A stretch of 64,000 nucleotides of DNA from assembly GCF_018977255.1 (NCBI RefSeq), contig NW_024704772.1, positions 558,001-622,000 on the forward strand, in the 5' to 3' direction. The stretch comes from Callorhinchus milii (taxonomy: Eukaryota). This document shows positions 1 through 13,905 of the stretch, in pieces. The position numbers and the translations under genes are program-made. How positions within the stretch are numbered: the first letter of the stretch is position 1; each line of letters starts with the position of its first letter. The notes under the pieces were generated by a model. It saw only the letters and a list, made by a program, of their open reading frames with translations, was not told where the DNA came from and searched no databases.

Positions 1-355
1 TGCTATAAACATTGCTGGCTCGTGAGGTTAGGGTTGAAGATAGAAAATCCTTCAGGTTCGTTCATTACTTGGCTGTGATGCAGTCCCTCCTGCCCTGGGA
101 GAAATGACCTGCCAACACTCGCTGTCAAGTGTCGCACATGATTGACAGCCAAGGGCAAGGCACTAGTTTCGCCCACAAAACACACAGTCACTGCACTTTA
201 CGGAACATGGTGTGAAGCGCTTTGAGACGTCTCGATGACGTGGTAAGGCGCTGTATCAAATGCAAGGCCAGCCCTGACTCTACTCCTAATTACAACCCCC
301 AAGATAAAATCCCTCACGAAGGGGGAAAGATTGTGTGACTGGGAGAGATACTCAC

Positions 356-410
356 ATGGACCCAGCAGGTAACCTGCACTGTTTAATGTCCACCCTCGCT
401 TGTCCTTGGC
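356..410 (-). CDS. GAL: Galanin-family exon encoding AKDKRGWTLNSAGYLLGP (55 nt)
   Basis: tttttcag acceptor and GTGAGT donor; exact galanin(1-13) after KR. Confidence 0.96.
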
Positions 411-893
411 CTGAAAAACAGGTTACATTTCAACATTAACTCTCTTTCCCCAATTTCTTTCTTTCTCTCTCTCTTTCTTTCTGAATTTCTTTCCTCTTGT
501 TTCCTCTTTCTTACTCTACTTATTTTTCTTTAATAGCATTTTTCTTAATTGTTTTACTTAAGCCACTTAAGCGCTCTGCAAGTTGTTGTTGACTTGGAAT
601 GAAAACTGAGATTTTCCTGCCTCATGGACTCACAGGATAAATCACTGAGCCATGGGGGTAGGGATCATTGTCAGGATATTACAGGAGAAACCTTGAACTC
701 AATCTGACTCACACTCACTCAATACATATTCACTTGTCTACAACAAATGGACAAAACCCCTCACAATTTACTGAGCATAGACAATGCTTTCAGGAACAAA
801 TATTCACATTACCATCACGCCTAATCCAAAACATTCGGTCACCAAAACGCAAAGGATCATGGAAATGCAGAACAGCTTTCTCGAGGCTTGCAT
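356..893 (-). CDS. GAL: Galanin-family prepropeptide, 5' part (GAL architecture; GALP-locus candidate); continues beyond the window start
   Basis: Exons 893-813 and 410-356 splice in phase 0 to MQASRKLFCISMILCVLVTECFGLGVM-AKDKR-GWTLNSAGYLLGP: signal peptide, KR cleavage site and the invariant galanin(1-13). The family is certain; GAL versus GALP is not. Confidence 0.93.
813..893 (-). CDS. GAL: Galanin-family signal-peptide exon (81 nt)
   Basis: ttctgtcttcag|ATG ... ATG|gtaatg; hydrophobic 27 aa resembling fish preprogalanin leaders. Confidence 0.9.
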
Positions 894-1093
894 CTGAAGA
901 CAGAAGAAGAAAAAAAGAAATAATTTATTGCATATAAAAGACAGGGAACAAGGAAAGAACTGGCTGATGTGCAACTCTGTCAGAATGCCTTTCAGGAGCG
1001 AGAGAATCAAGGGATTAGAATTTGAGAGAATAATTGTTTTTTTGTTTTAATAGGATACAACTGCTCAAAAAGAGCAAAGTCATAAGAGTCTTG

Positions 1094-1468
1094 ATAATAA
1101 TAATAATAATCCTGGCATTTGACGCAGCGCCTTATCAGGTCTTCGAGACATCTCAAAGCGCTTCACAGAATATACTGTAAAGTGGATTGTCTGTGTATTC
1201 TGTGGGCGAAATGCAGCAGCCAATTGCACACAGTTGGTGTCCCATTAACAGTCATGGATTGAGTGAACATTATTTTATTTTTGAAGGGATTATTAACCCC
1301 GTAAAGCGATCCGCCAATCAAATAACAACCAGGTTCCTACTTACTGCTGAGTAAACAGAGGTGTTGGGAGTAAGGAAACTTGCTTAAGGTTTCATCCTGA
1401 CTGGAAATCAAACCAGGGTCCCCTCGCTTGAGAGGCGAGTGCTTCAACCACTTCGCTACAGGAACTCC
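1094..1468 (-). mobile_element. tRNA-derived SINE, near full length
   Basis: Pol III A/B-box head, shared body and (TTA)n tail; same family throughout the window. Confidence 0.9.
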
Positions 1469-1583
1469 AAATAACGAAACATGTCCTTGCGCTGCTATTA
1501 ATCTGGTATTTATGATACTCTGTAAATTAGCGACGGCGGTAATCTCAACAATAATAAAATTACAAAACAAAATTGGTTCTTAC

Positions 1584-1760
1584 CGTGATCCGGAAGCAGA
1601 CAAAAAAAAGTTTGAAACAACTAGAAACTGTTCAAATAAGCCAGCTACTGCTTTTTAAATTAATAAAATTTTCGAAAATAAAATTAAACCATTGGACTAA
1701 GGATGACAGCAAGCTCCCCTGAAAGACAAATAGCCGAGTGTCGGAGAGAAGCGTGGCAAG
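1584..1760 (-). other. Possible non-coding first exon of the galanin-family gene
   Basis: Good - strand donor (CACG|gtaaga) at 1584/1583, about 0.7 kb upstream of the ATG exon; the 5' end is a guess. Confidence 0.3.
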
Positions 1761-3065
1761 GATGGCTATTTATCTGGGAAAGAAAACAATATAAGCCCTT
1801 TTTTTTTCATTTCACGTACATCTACCCAGATTGTGTGAAGCATAAAAGACTTTTCGGTAAACAAACTCGATTTTTTCAGCTGTATTTTTTGTCAGGAAAA
1901 TGGCTCTGATGGAGGTAATTATTGATAATTGACTCCAGGATTACTGTGAAGGTTAACAGGAGAGTGCGATATGTTGTTTTTTTTTGCCTAAGTGTTTTTT
2001 TTCCCACTGTTTTTACAGTGAGGAGGAGGAGGAGGAGGAGGAAAGGATCAGAAGTCGGAATTGTGCCAGAACTGCCCACAAAACACCCAGCCGCCCCCCC
2101 ACCCCCCCAAAAAAAAAATCGAGCTACAATGTTAAGAGATTGTAATGAAGGGTGCGATCATGTGGAATTTAATTGAATTTTGAACCTCGGGTCCTCTCAG
2201 TTCTTGCTGGCATCTGAACTGCACGAGTTTTCTAGCATTGTGTTCTGCCATTATTACATTTCAAAAGGCATCAGTGACCACAGCAGCGGTAAACAAAACC
2301 CTAAAGGTTGACTTTCTCTCCATGAAAGTACATTTCTTTTAAGAGTAATGGCTGCCTCTTTACTCCATTAGAACATTTGTTCGGTAATAACTATAATTAT
2401 ACATGAATTATCCTCATGTGCTTCTAAAGGCCTTCCACTGTTACCAGGTAATTTGACAGCATTAATGATAGCTAACAGGGAAAGGGACCCAGGTTCGGTT
2501 CAGTGGCTTGGAATAATTACACAGAGACGTTTACAGAGGAACATTTAACCTGAGAAAGAATGAGTAGCCTGAAGGTCTTTGCAAAAAAAAGTAAAGTAAA
2601 ATATTTGAAACAAAGATTATAGTAATAAAAAGTAATCCTTGCATTTGACGTAGAGCTTTACCACATCGTTGAGACGTCTCAAAGCGCTTCACAGAATATA
2701 CTGTAAAGTGGATTGACTGCAATTGGGAACTGGTGCTTGTCAGGGTTATTCCCCCGGACTGGGAGAAAGCTGTTTAGTGTCCGACTGTAAATAGGAATAG
2801 GCGGAAGCACTCCTGTTACCTGTCACATTCTGACACACCATTAGAACAACATGTTCAATCGTATTGGCTTTAGATGACAGGGATTTTGAGAGGCAGTTGA
2901 TGAAATTACCGGGAGGTAATTGGGTGCTAGGATCTAAACCCTTTCCTGTGCACAAACTCACTCGCACGGACACATGTGTTTCTAGCTAGCACCTTTGGCA
3001 CCATCTCAGAGGCAAGGTTTATTTATAGGCCAGCATGACCAAGAAAGAGTTGTTGATTGACTGAG

Positions 3066-3488
3066 AAGCGTTGTGGTTAGAGCGCTCACCTCACAAGCCA
3101 GAGGATCCGGGTTCAATTTCCGGGCAGGACGAAACCTCAGGCTAAGTTTCCTTCCTTCCTCCACACACACACACACACGCACACACACACACGCACGCCC
3201 CTGCTTAACCAGCAGTAAGTCAGAACCCGGTTGTTAGTCGATTGGCAGATCGCTTTCCGGGGGTAACAATCCCTCAAAAGAATAATGTGGTCACTTAATC
3301 CACGCCTGTTTGTGGAACTGTTAGCGCCCGACTGTAAATGGGACTAGGAATAGGCGGACTACAGCGCGGAGTTGGCTGCTGAGTTCTGCCCACAGGTCAC
3401 TTCACTTCACAGTGTATCCCGTGAAGCGCTTTGAGACGTCTCAGCAATGTGATAAGGTGTTGTATCGAATGCGAGGATCATTATTATA
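3066..3488 (+). mobile_element. tRNA-derived SINE
   Basis: tggttagagcgctcacctcacaag head ... gcgctttgagacgtctc ... ggatcattatta tail. Confidence 0.9.
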
Positions 3489-5091
3489 ACTTGCATACGA
3501 TGTTTTAACGTGGGACCGTGTGCATGATTTCAATACCGTGTGCTGCCTATCCAACTTCATCCAGTTGCCTGTGCTTCCACCCCACTTAACTCTCATTAAG
3601 GGCGAGGGCTGAGCACATTTCTAACTTGGTGAGATCAGCGCATCGCCGGGCAAATCAACATAATGGACAATGGAGCCCTTGTGTACGAAATATTTTGGCC
3701 ACCCACAAGAAGATCTCACGAACTGGGAAAATGCTTTCAAAACAACTGTAAAAATGGCCATGTGAAGAGAGCCCGGGACGAGAGGGGTTAGAACGAAAGC
3801 GAGCGTCTTTTTTTTTTAAAAAAATCTTTTCTTGCACAGTGGTCAAGAGCGAGACAGAAGATTCGGACGCTAGGAGGGGTAAGCACAGCGGCTGTAGTTA
3901 TGGATTGTTTCATTTCGATTGACTACAAGGGCTCTGAGACACCGCCCTGCCCTGCTTGAGGGGCGCTATGCAAATGCAAGTTGTCGTTGTCTTTATCTCC
4001 CTCTCTGTTTGAGACTCTGGTTCTCTGCTCCAGTCGCTCTCTTCACTTCGCGCACTGTTGAGATGTGTGTTCGGATACCTAGTTGCCTTTTACCCATCTT
4101 GTGTGTGCGTACGTGAAATGAAAGGCAAATCGATGTGTCCTTAATTTGGGACTAAATCGTCTACCGTACGTGGGAGAGGACCACAGGGATGCCTGGGCTG
4201 GGGAATGGAAAAGTATTACACCCATAAGTAGGGATTGATTGCTCTTATGTGTTTGCTGGTCATAGCCAGTGAATAATAATAATAATATCTTCGAGACGTG
4301 ATAAAGCACTATATCAAATGCTTTGGGGAATGTGTTCAGTAAAGGAAAATGTACCGATTTCCAGCAATAATATCTCAGTATATAGAAAAAAATTCATTCT
4401 TTATCTTAAGACGTAAATGAGGTGGAGAAGGAACGAGTTTCTCTTGGCCAACAATTCTCCAGATAAATCTGTCATTCACTTTGTGGCTTGTTTGCGGGAC
4501 TTTGCTGTGAGTAAACTTGCTGCCGTGTTCGTCTACGAATACACAAACGCTGACATTAACTGGGCAGCACGTTGGGATGTTTCGATGTCAAAGGCACTAT
4601 GTCAAATGCAAACATTATTACTGTTATGCATGAGTTTCAGATGGGAGTGAATCCCAGCTTTTATCTGGTCTGCGTGAGTGTACGTTGTACTTGCATTTTT
4701 GTTTTCTGATGTTTTGTTCATCAATGCACAAACAATGTTTAGTTATTTCCTAAATAAAGCCAGGAAAATAAATGATTAGCCCAACGCGGAGACACAGGAG
4801 CAGGAACCGTTCCAATATAATCAACCAACCTCCCGTTTCGAGCGGTTAGAGATGGGGTGGTAAAACTCTCTCCCATCTGTAGTGAGAATTAATACACTGG
4901 TGCTAAAATGATGCAATTATCTAACTATCAGTGCTAAAAGAGTAATGTTGGTTTAATGTGGTACGTTTCCATGTGTGATACTACTCTACACCTCAGAAAT
5001 TAAGGTTTCAATATCCCTGACTTTGCTGCAAAAGTGAACCCAAGTCCCTTTTTGTGATGTTCTTGAACACTAGTGCTGGATATACCAGCCT

Positions 5092-5290
5092 ACAACAACA
5101 ACTTGTATTTATATAGCTCCCCTCACGCAGTGGGGAGGGTTGGGGGGGCGGGGGGGGGGAAGGTGATGGTATTCACGGTCGAAGAGGAAGGTCTTCAGGC
5201 ACGAGCTGAAGATGGGGAAGGAGGGGGCGAGGCGGAGGGAGGGATGGAGGAAGAGCGTTCCAAAGTTTCGGGGCGTAGTGGCTGAAAGCG
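5092..5290 (-). mobile_element. L2-type LINE 3' fragment
   Basis: Degenerate ...SSCLKTFLFD ORF2 end plus (TTG)n tail. Confidence 0.65.
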
Positions 5291-5994
5291 CCACTTCCTG
5301 CAGAGTACGTCAATGTCAATGGGGTCCCCTCAACTTATGATGGTGAACGTGTTAGTTACGACCGAAAGGAGAAGAATATTGGTTGAGATACCTTGGCCTC
5401 CCAGAACATAAAGAGAAAGACTTATTACACAGAGTGAGAAAAGCACTGACATTTTAAAAGGCTACTATTACGGCATTCTATTCATTCTGTCTAATTTACT
5501 GTAGTGCACAATCGGGTGAAACAATATAATTGCAGTATTAGCCACAGGAGCGGAATGAATGGGCTGAATATTTATTAACTTGGGTATTATTATAAAACAA
5601 AGATGGAGCTAACTTTCAACCTCAAACCACTGATAATCACAGCAATCAATAATTAGAGTGACAGAACGCCTTTCACCAAGCGAGAGTCTTAGAAAGATTC
5701 ACAAACAAAATATTTCAGTGGGATGGACCTATCACACCAGGTTAGAGCATTGTCACCGAGTCTGAAAACAACCGGGAATAACGAGTTCAAAATCTAACCC
5801 CTTTCACAGATCACATCATGAGCCCAATCAATCCTTCCAGAATATTAACTCTACTGTCTTTCCATTCCAGGATCAAACCGTTTCTTAAATAAGTCCCGCT
5901 AGATAACGTCAGCAAGCCATAATCAACATGTGTGTGTATGTGTGTGTTTGTGTGTGATGAGCACAGCACTGAAACCTTTTTATTGTTCCATCCC

Positions 5995-6232
5995 CCAGAA
6001 CTCCATCCCACAGTCCCTTCGCCTCTCCTCCTCCCTCGCCTCCTTCAAGGTCCGTCTCAAGACCCTCCTCTTCAACTGTGCCTTTAGTCGTCACCCTCCT
6101 ACTCCTACTCTCCCTGCCCTCCACCCCTCCTGATCCCAAACCCCAGCTCAGGTCCAAACCCCTGACTGTCCAGCGCCTTGGGACGTCCTCCTGACGTAAG
6201 AGGCGCTACACAAATGTAATTTATTGTTGTTG
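5995..6232 (+). mobile_element. L2-type LINE 3' fragment
   Basis: NSIPQSLRLSSSLASFKVRLKTLLFNCAF, a typical L2 ORF2 C-terminus, followed by a stem-loop tail and (TTG)n. Confidence 0.8.
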
Positions 6233-7412
6233 AAGAAGAGGTTCAAACAGAACACGTGATGAGGACAAATACATGGCATAAAGTTGCTAAATGCACTTTT
6301 GTCAAAAACAAATCTTGTTGAGAGGGGAGGGAAAGATTTATCAGACGGAGTATTGCTAATCGGGCAAGAAATGTATGAGATGGAAATTGAACAGTAATAC
6401 TGCGCTGGATCCGTGAATGTTACCTTTGACAGGCAGAATTATTCATACATTTTTCATAATGTATTTTTTAATTTTAATGTGCCTTTGATGCAGAGAGAAA
6501 AAAAACCTGAACTAGCTAACAACGCCCAAGAAACATGCCTCGTTTCACAGATAATGAAAGACTGTGTTCCATAATATTTCTGTGCTTTTCATCGCATGCA
6601 AACTGTACTGAATTATTCATGAAACATAATATAGAGGAACACAGTAGCCACGGCAGTACCCAACAGTTGTGACTCGAGTGCCAGTGCGTGTGACACTTGA
6701 ATTTGCAAGCGCATAATTTTAGGTGAGATTACACACCGACAATCTTATTTCCCAGAAAACAAGTATGGATTATTATCATTCGATACACTTGGAAGAATAC
6801 AATCACCACTGTTAAGACTTTAGCGTCGGCTTCAACAGTAAAAGAAAACATACCAGCCTTCAGCCTCTCCCATCACCCCCACTAACATCAGCGAAAACAT
6901 CATATATTAGAAAGCAACGGGCATGTGGCAACAAGAACTTGCATTTACACTGCGCCACTCACAACCTGAAGATGGGGAAGTGGTTTAAAGCTGTCATTTT
7001 ATCTCTGGGTAAACCACTCAACCTTTGCTCTTGCGCTTTCTTTGGGATAACTCAATGAATTGAGTTGGTCGCCTTTTTCACATCGCAGGCATCGTTTGCA
7101 CCAGTGGTTAATGCCCTGACTAAGCACCGCTATCAGAACAGTGAGCAGGCGTCCTCAGTGCTCTCAGGAGTAAATGAGGTTACTGATCGAGTGAAGTGTC
7201 TCACTGTTAAGACTAGGCTTGAAAGAAATTATTTTCTTTCTGCCCTTCTTATGCCCCACTGGACCACAAATCTGACTCCAACATCTCCAGAAACACTCAA
7301 TGTGAGTGTTCTGTACAATCGTAACATAAAAAACATACTTTCCACCTGCTAAGTGCTTTGTATTCTGGTGTTTAAGAGGGAGAATTTCAGCAGGAGAGTC
7401 AATATAAGCCAT

Positions 7413-7592
7413 TTTAATAACAACAATAACAATAATCCCTTCATTTGATACAGTGCCTTATCACTTCTTCTAGACGTCGCTAAATGCTTCACAGAAAACA
7501 TTGTAAAGTGGATTGACTGTGTATTTTTGCGGGTGAAACGCGGCAGCCAATTGGGCACTGCAGTGTCCCACAAACGGTTGTGGATTGAGTAA
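7413..7592 (-). mobile_element. SINE 3' fragment
   Basis: Family tail and body. Similar tail-only pieces at about 165-268, 2628-2720, 8157-8287, 11535-11645, 17056-17260, 19165-19270, 27860-28032, 36755-36866, 47616-47785, 48392-48500, 49833-49950, 62782-62892 and 63256-63360. Confidence 0.85.
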
Positions 7593-8785
7593 CCAAATTT
7601 TTTAGATTATTTTTTCACACAATTTCCTGAAAATCAGCTTCCAGACTGCTGGCACCAGAGGTCTGACCACAATTCCTCAGCAGAAAGACTCTGCTTTGAA
7701 AACACATTTTTTTTAAAAAAAGGAAAAAAACGTTCAGCAAATCTGTACTGGTAAAACCCCCATCATATGACTAGTAACACACTTGACATTTAGAGAGTTC
7801 CAGCTATAAAACCCACACAGATCGTTGTAACAATAGGTTCCCAAAGCAAATTCAACCAAGGGACTTGTTCATAAACTTAGTAGAAAAGGCTAATTCAAAG
7901 AGAGAAAGCTGAGCAGCACTTGAGAAAATTAAATCATATTTTAGTCTTCTTGATCTTATTCTGCATACGTGAGCCTATTGTGCGATCTGCAATGGCAACT
8001 GGGTTTTACTGGAGGTCAATATGGAATCTTACAGGCAATGCAACGTCCCTAACAGATGTACGGAATGTGGTTCCAACGTTGTGAGAAACAGCTTCGCAAC
8101 TCGACAACTAAACCGTTTAAAAGCAACGGGGAATTCAGCCTTCCTCAATCTTCCAACCGGCTGCCGCATTTCGCGCACAAAATACAGTCACTACACTTTA
8201 CAGTGTATCCCGTGAAGCGCTTTGAGACGTCTCGACGACGTGATAAGGCGCTGCATCGAATGCAAGGATTATTATTGTTATTATTATCCTGTACTGCAGC
8301 TGGCACACCTCCCCACTACTAAAGCTATGGTAAGGAGATGGTTTGTGGAATGCTGCTGCTCTCTTGTGATGGCTCCTGGTATTATTCCTGACGCAACAGC
8401 TTGCGGATAACTCAGGGCATCGCAAGGCAACTCTTTGTCACACTGATTAGGTTTGCGTGGCTAAACAGGTACACGCCTCTGACACGCCCCATCTCACCGA
8501 GTACAACTTTCTGTCTTGAACTGAGGTCATTCTTACAACTTGTATTCGACGCCGGTGAAGCGACGAACCATTTCATACCTCATTTATTCGCCTATGTTCG
8601 GCGACGTGCTCGTAGCAATAACAGCAGCTGCTGCATAGAATTCCCAGCAGAGGGATGGGAATTCCTGTGTGATGTCCTTCAAAGGCAAATCCCAAAGATA
8701 AATAAGAATAGCGGGGGGAGGTGTTACCGCCTCACACGCACTCCATGACCCCTAGAGTGCATCCTCCAGCCCAGAGTTGGTGGAA

Positions 8786-9072
8786 GGGAGCCCTGCAAGC
8801 TCAGTGGTTAGCACACTCACCTCGCAAACGCGAAGACCTAGGTTTGATTCCTGGGAGGGGCAAAACCTTTAGGCAGGTTTCTTTGCTCCACTCGCCTCTG
8901 CTTACCTAGCAGTACGCAGGAACCCGGTTGTTAGTTGACTGGCGGATCACTTTCCGGGGATAATAATCCCTCCAAACATCCACGGCTGTTTGTGGTTCAT
9001 TGCTGTGCGTAATTGATTGCCGCGTGTCACCCACAAAACACAGTCAATCCAATTTACAGTATTTTCTGTGGA
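8786..9072 (+). mobile_element. tRNA-derived SINE, 3' truncated
   Basis: gctcagtggttagcacactcacctcgcaa head plus body; another 5'-truncated copy at about 9270-9505. Confidence 0.88.
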
Positions 9073-12000
9073 ACAACCTTTGCAACTACCTTTATAGATC
9101 GTTTTACGCGGGAAATGGACTCAAAACGCTTCACATAAAATGGACTGGTAGGCCGGGCAGGGCAAGAGACGGTGGGGAGTAGGTTGATGACGGAAGCTGC
9201 TTTATTATTGATCAGCACCGAGTTACTGAAATTGAGCAATATTTGTGTTAATTGCTAACTGGTACAAGAGCAGTAAACCCAGCTGCTTGTCGATTGCTGG
9301 ATCGCTTTCAGTGTAATAATCCCTCCAATAGAAAATGTGGTCACTCAATCCACAATTGTTTGTGGGACACCGCTGTGCGTAAATGGCTTCCACGTTTCGC
9401 CCGCAAAATATACAGTCAATCCACTCTACGATATATTCCTTGACGTGCTTCGAGATGTCTCAACGACGTGATAAGGCGCAATATCAAATGCAAGGTTTAC
9501 TATTGTTGTAAAGTGACATTGTTTTGTGGGAAGGGGCTTAGAAACATGCTGATTTGGTTCAGTTTCACACACGTGGCATTGACACACACCCAACATTAAC
9601 CATTAGTAAGTAACCTACACAAGTCTGCCCATCGCTTTAAAGGGCCAGTGCTTTAAAATACAACAGAGGTTTGAAGGACTGACTGACTGCTGCACGTTGC
9701 TCATTTTTGCCTGCCTGCCTGAATTTCCTGTTGTCTCATCTATTAACGCAGGATCCAGATTTCATTTTTGTTATGATCCCAAATGAACCGAAGATATATA
9801 TATATATTAAAAAAAGGACAAACCACATTCAATATTATCATCGATATGGTTAAACATAACTCAGGCACTTCCAAAGACAACTCTTGCCTATCAGGAGGAG
9901 CCTCAGTGTCTTTACCTGAAAGAAGTCCTGCCTCTGTTGGCCGTTGATTTGAGGACTTGTCCGGGCTTGGGTTGACTGTATTGGTTCACAGGGCAGACTG
10001 TCAATGCCTTTGGAAGCACTTCCTTTCTAGACTGCTACACCGCATCTGAGACAGGGAGGGTGGGGGGGGGGAGGGAGAGAGAGGAAAGAAAGTGCTAAAA
10101 TGAAATTGGCAAAAAAGAGACAAACTACCGCTTTTGTTTCAGTTTAAAACACAAAAGGATTGATACAGATGCATCGGCGTAGACATCCCCTAAGATTGGC
10201 CTTTTGAAAGCAGGAATATCTCGGGAGAAAAAGCAAAAACAAGGAAGATTTTACATTGTGTCTGACTGGGTAAGTTATACACACACCCTATTGTGCTATT
10301 TCCCTCTCTTGCCTTTTTTTTTCCTTTTTGGAACCATTTCCCTCGTCTCCTTTTATATTTAAAATACACATTCTCTCCTGACACTCCCGTGCCTTTCTGT
10401 CGGGAGGGTGAGAGTCTGTATTCTGAGTTGCTCTGTGCTGTGGTCATGTCTTCCTTGACTGTTAAGGTGTGTGTGTGTGTCTTGAGTTTGAGCTCCATCA
10501 CTGTGTCACTACGTTGCTCTTCTTCTCTGAAATCTTTTAACATTAGGAAATTTAAAGACGCTTTCACAATCTCAACCCGGCAACAATCCGCTTTGGCGGA
10601 GTCCGTTCCGTAGCCCCATCGGTGACGACAGAGCAAGAGATTGTTCGTAAAACGTACTGCTGCCATTCAATTTCGCGCAAGATCTTTGGAGCACAATGTT
10701 GTACTGACCACCAAGTTGCTGCTTTACATTACTGTCGACCCACCTCACAGATCACGCGTCAGAAGCTGAGGAAAACTGGTCTGACGAGTACAATAGATGA
10801 AACTGCTGTATTGAACCTTACTTTTGTGTCCTGTCTATGAGCTAGCGTTAAATTTGCTTACAATTGTGGCTTGTGCGCACCCTAATACATTTCAAAAAGT
10901 GCACTGTCACATTACAAAGGGAAGTTTCAGTTAATCTGAGTTCCTGGCACACACCTAGGATCATTTACTCAGACACCAAAGTTCACTCAAGGAGGAGCAG
11001 GTGTTCGTTCAGTTGCGTCTTTGTCCTCTTAAAAATAACGTACGTTAAAAGGTGAGAAAAAAAATCTTTGTCGCTGCGGGTGGTGGGATTGTGGACTGTA
11101 AATTATTTTAAAATTGCGATTTTTTAAAAAAAAAGATGGAATGAGATCAGGTGGAACAGAGAAACACTCGATGGGCCAAATGATCCATTTCTGTTCAGCA
11201 ACGATGACGGTTTGGTATTAAATCTCTCAGGTATAGTCGGTGACTGATTTGACAGTGAGAATGCCTGCCGCCTCTCTCCACGTCTGTAAAGCTGTCGACG
11301 TTCCAGCAGTGGGCTTCAAACCAGGAAAGGCAGCGTCCCTTTAAAAGGGGCGGGGTCGCTTGGTCAGACAGGAATCCGTGGGAATAGGCTCCAGGCCAGA
11401 AATAAAAGCACCAACTCTGCATTGCTGACATTATTAATCTCTGCTGTAAAAAAAATATAGATGGAACCAGTTGAGGTCACTTGGAATTGATGTGAATTCC
11501 CAAATCACCTTGTTTATCTCCGACTCTGTACCAGAAAAACAATACACAGTCACTGTGTGATACAGTACGTCCTGTGAAGCGCTTTGAAAACGTCTCGATG
11601 ACATGATTAGGAACTATATCAAATGCAAGGATTATTATCATTATTTACCAGTTCACCTTCCTAGTGGATCCACTCAGCCCTTCGCTGTTTTTTGGGGTGA
11701 ATAAAATAAGAGCACCATGTGTGCGGTTGACAAGCTTGCCTAGCTCGACGAGACACAGAAGTGTTGACATATCCTCCCAAGTTGTGAGCCAAATCCAGAA
11801 GGAAGGTAGGCAGTCAGGTCTCAGCTGAGCAAGTATGAATCGTACAGTCTCTGTAAGCTAGAAGCTCAGTTACCAGGGCTTTCATGTTTATGTCTATTGA
11901 TCAGACATTGCTAGGGAGAAGTATCCGTTAGAGGTCCTTTTAGAGATGATCTGTTCACAGGCCTCTCTGACTGACAATGCTGGTTGTTAGCATGTCCACC

Positions 12001-12102
12001 TAGAGCGAAACAACAGCAACCTGTGGATGATATCTCCCCGTGATTTTCTTTCCCCGTGCCGCGGGGAAAACACTGAGGAGTGAAGTAACAGAGCATGTCT
12101 AA

Positions 12103-13905
<1,803 letters not shown>

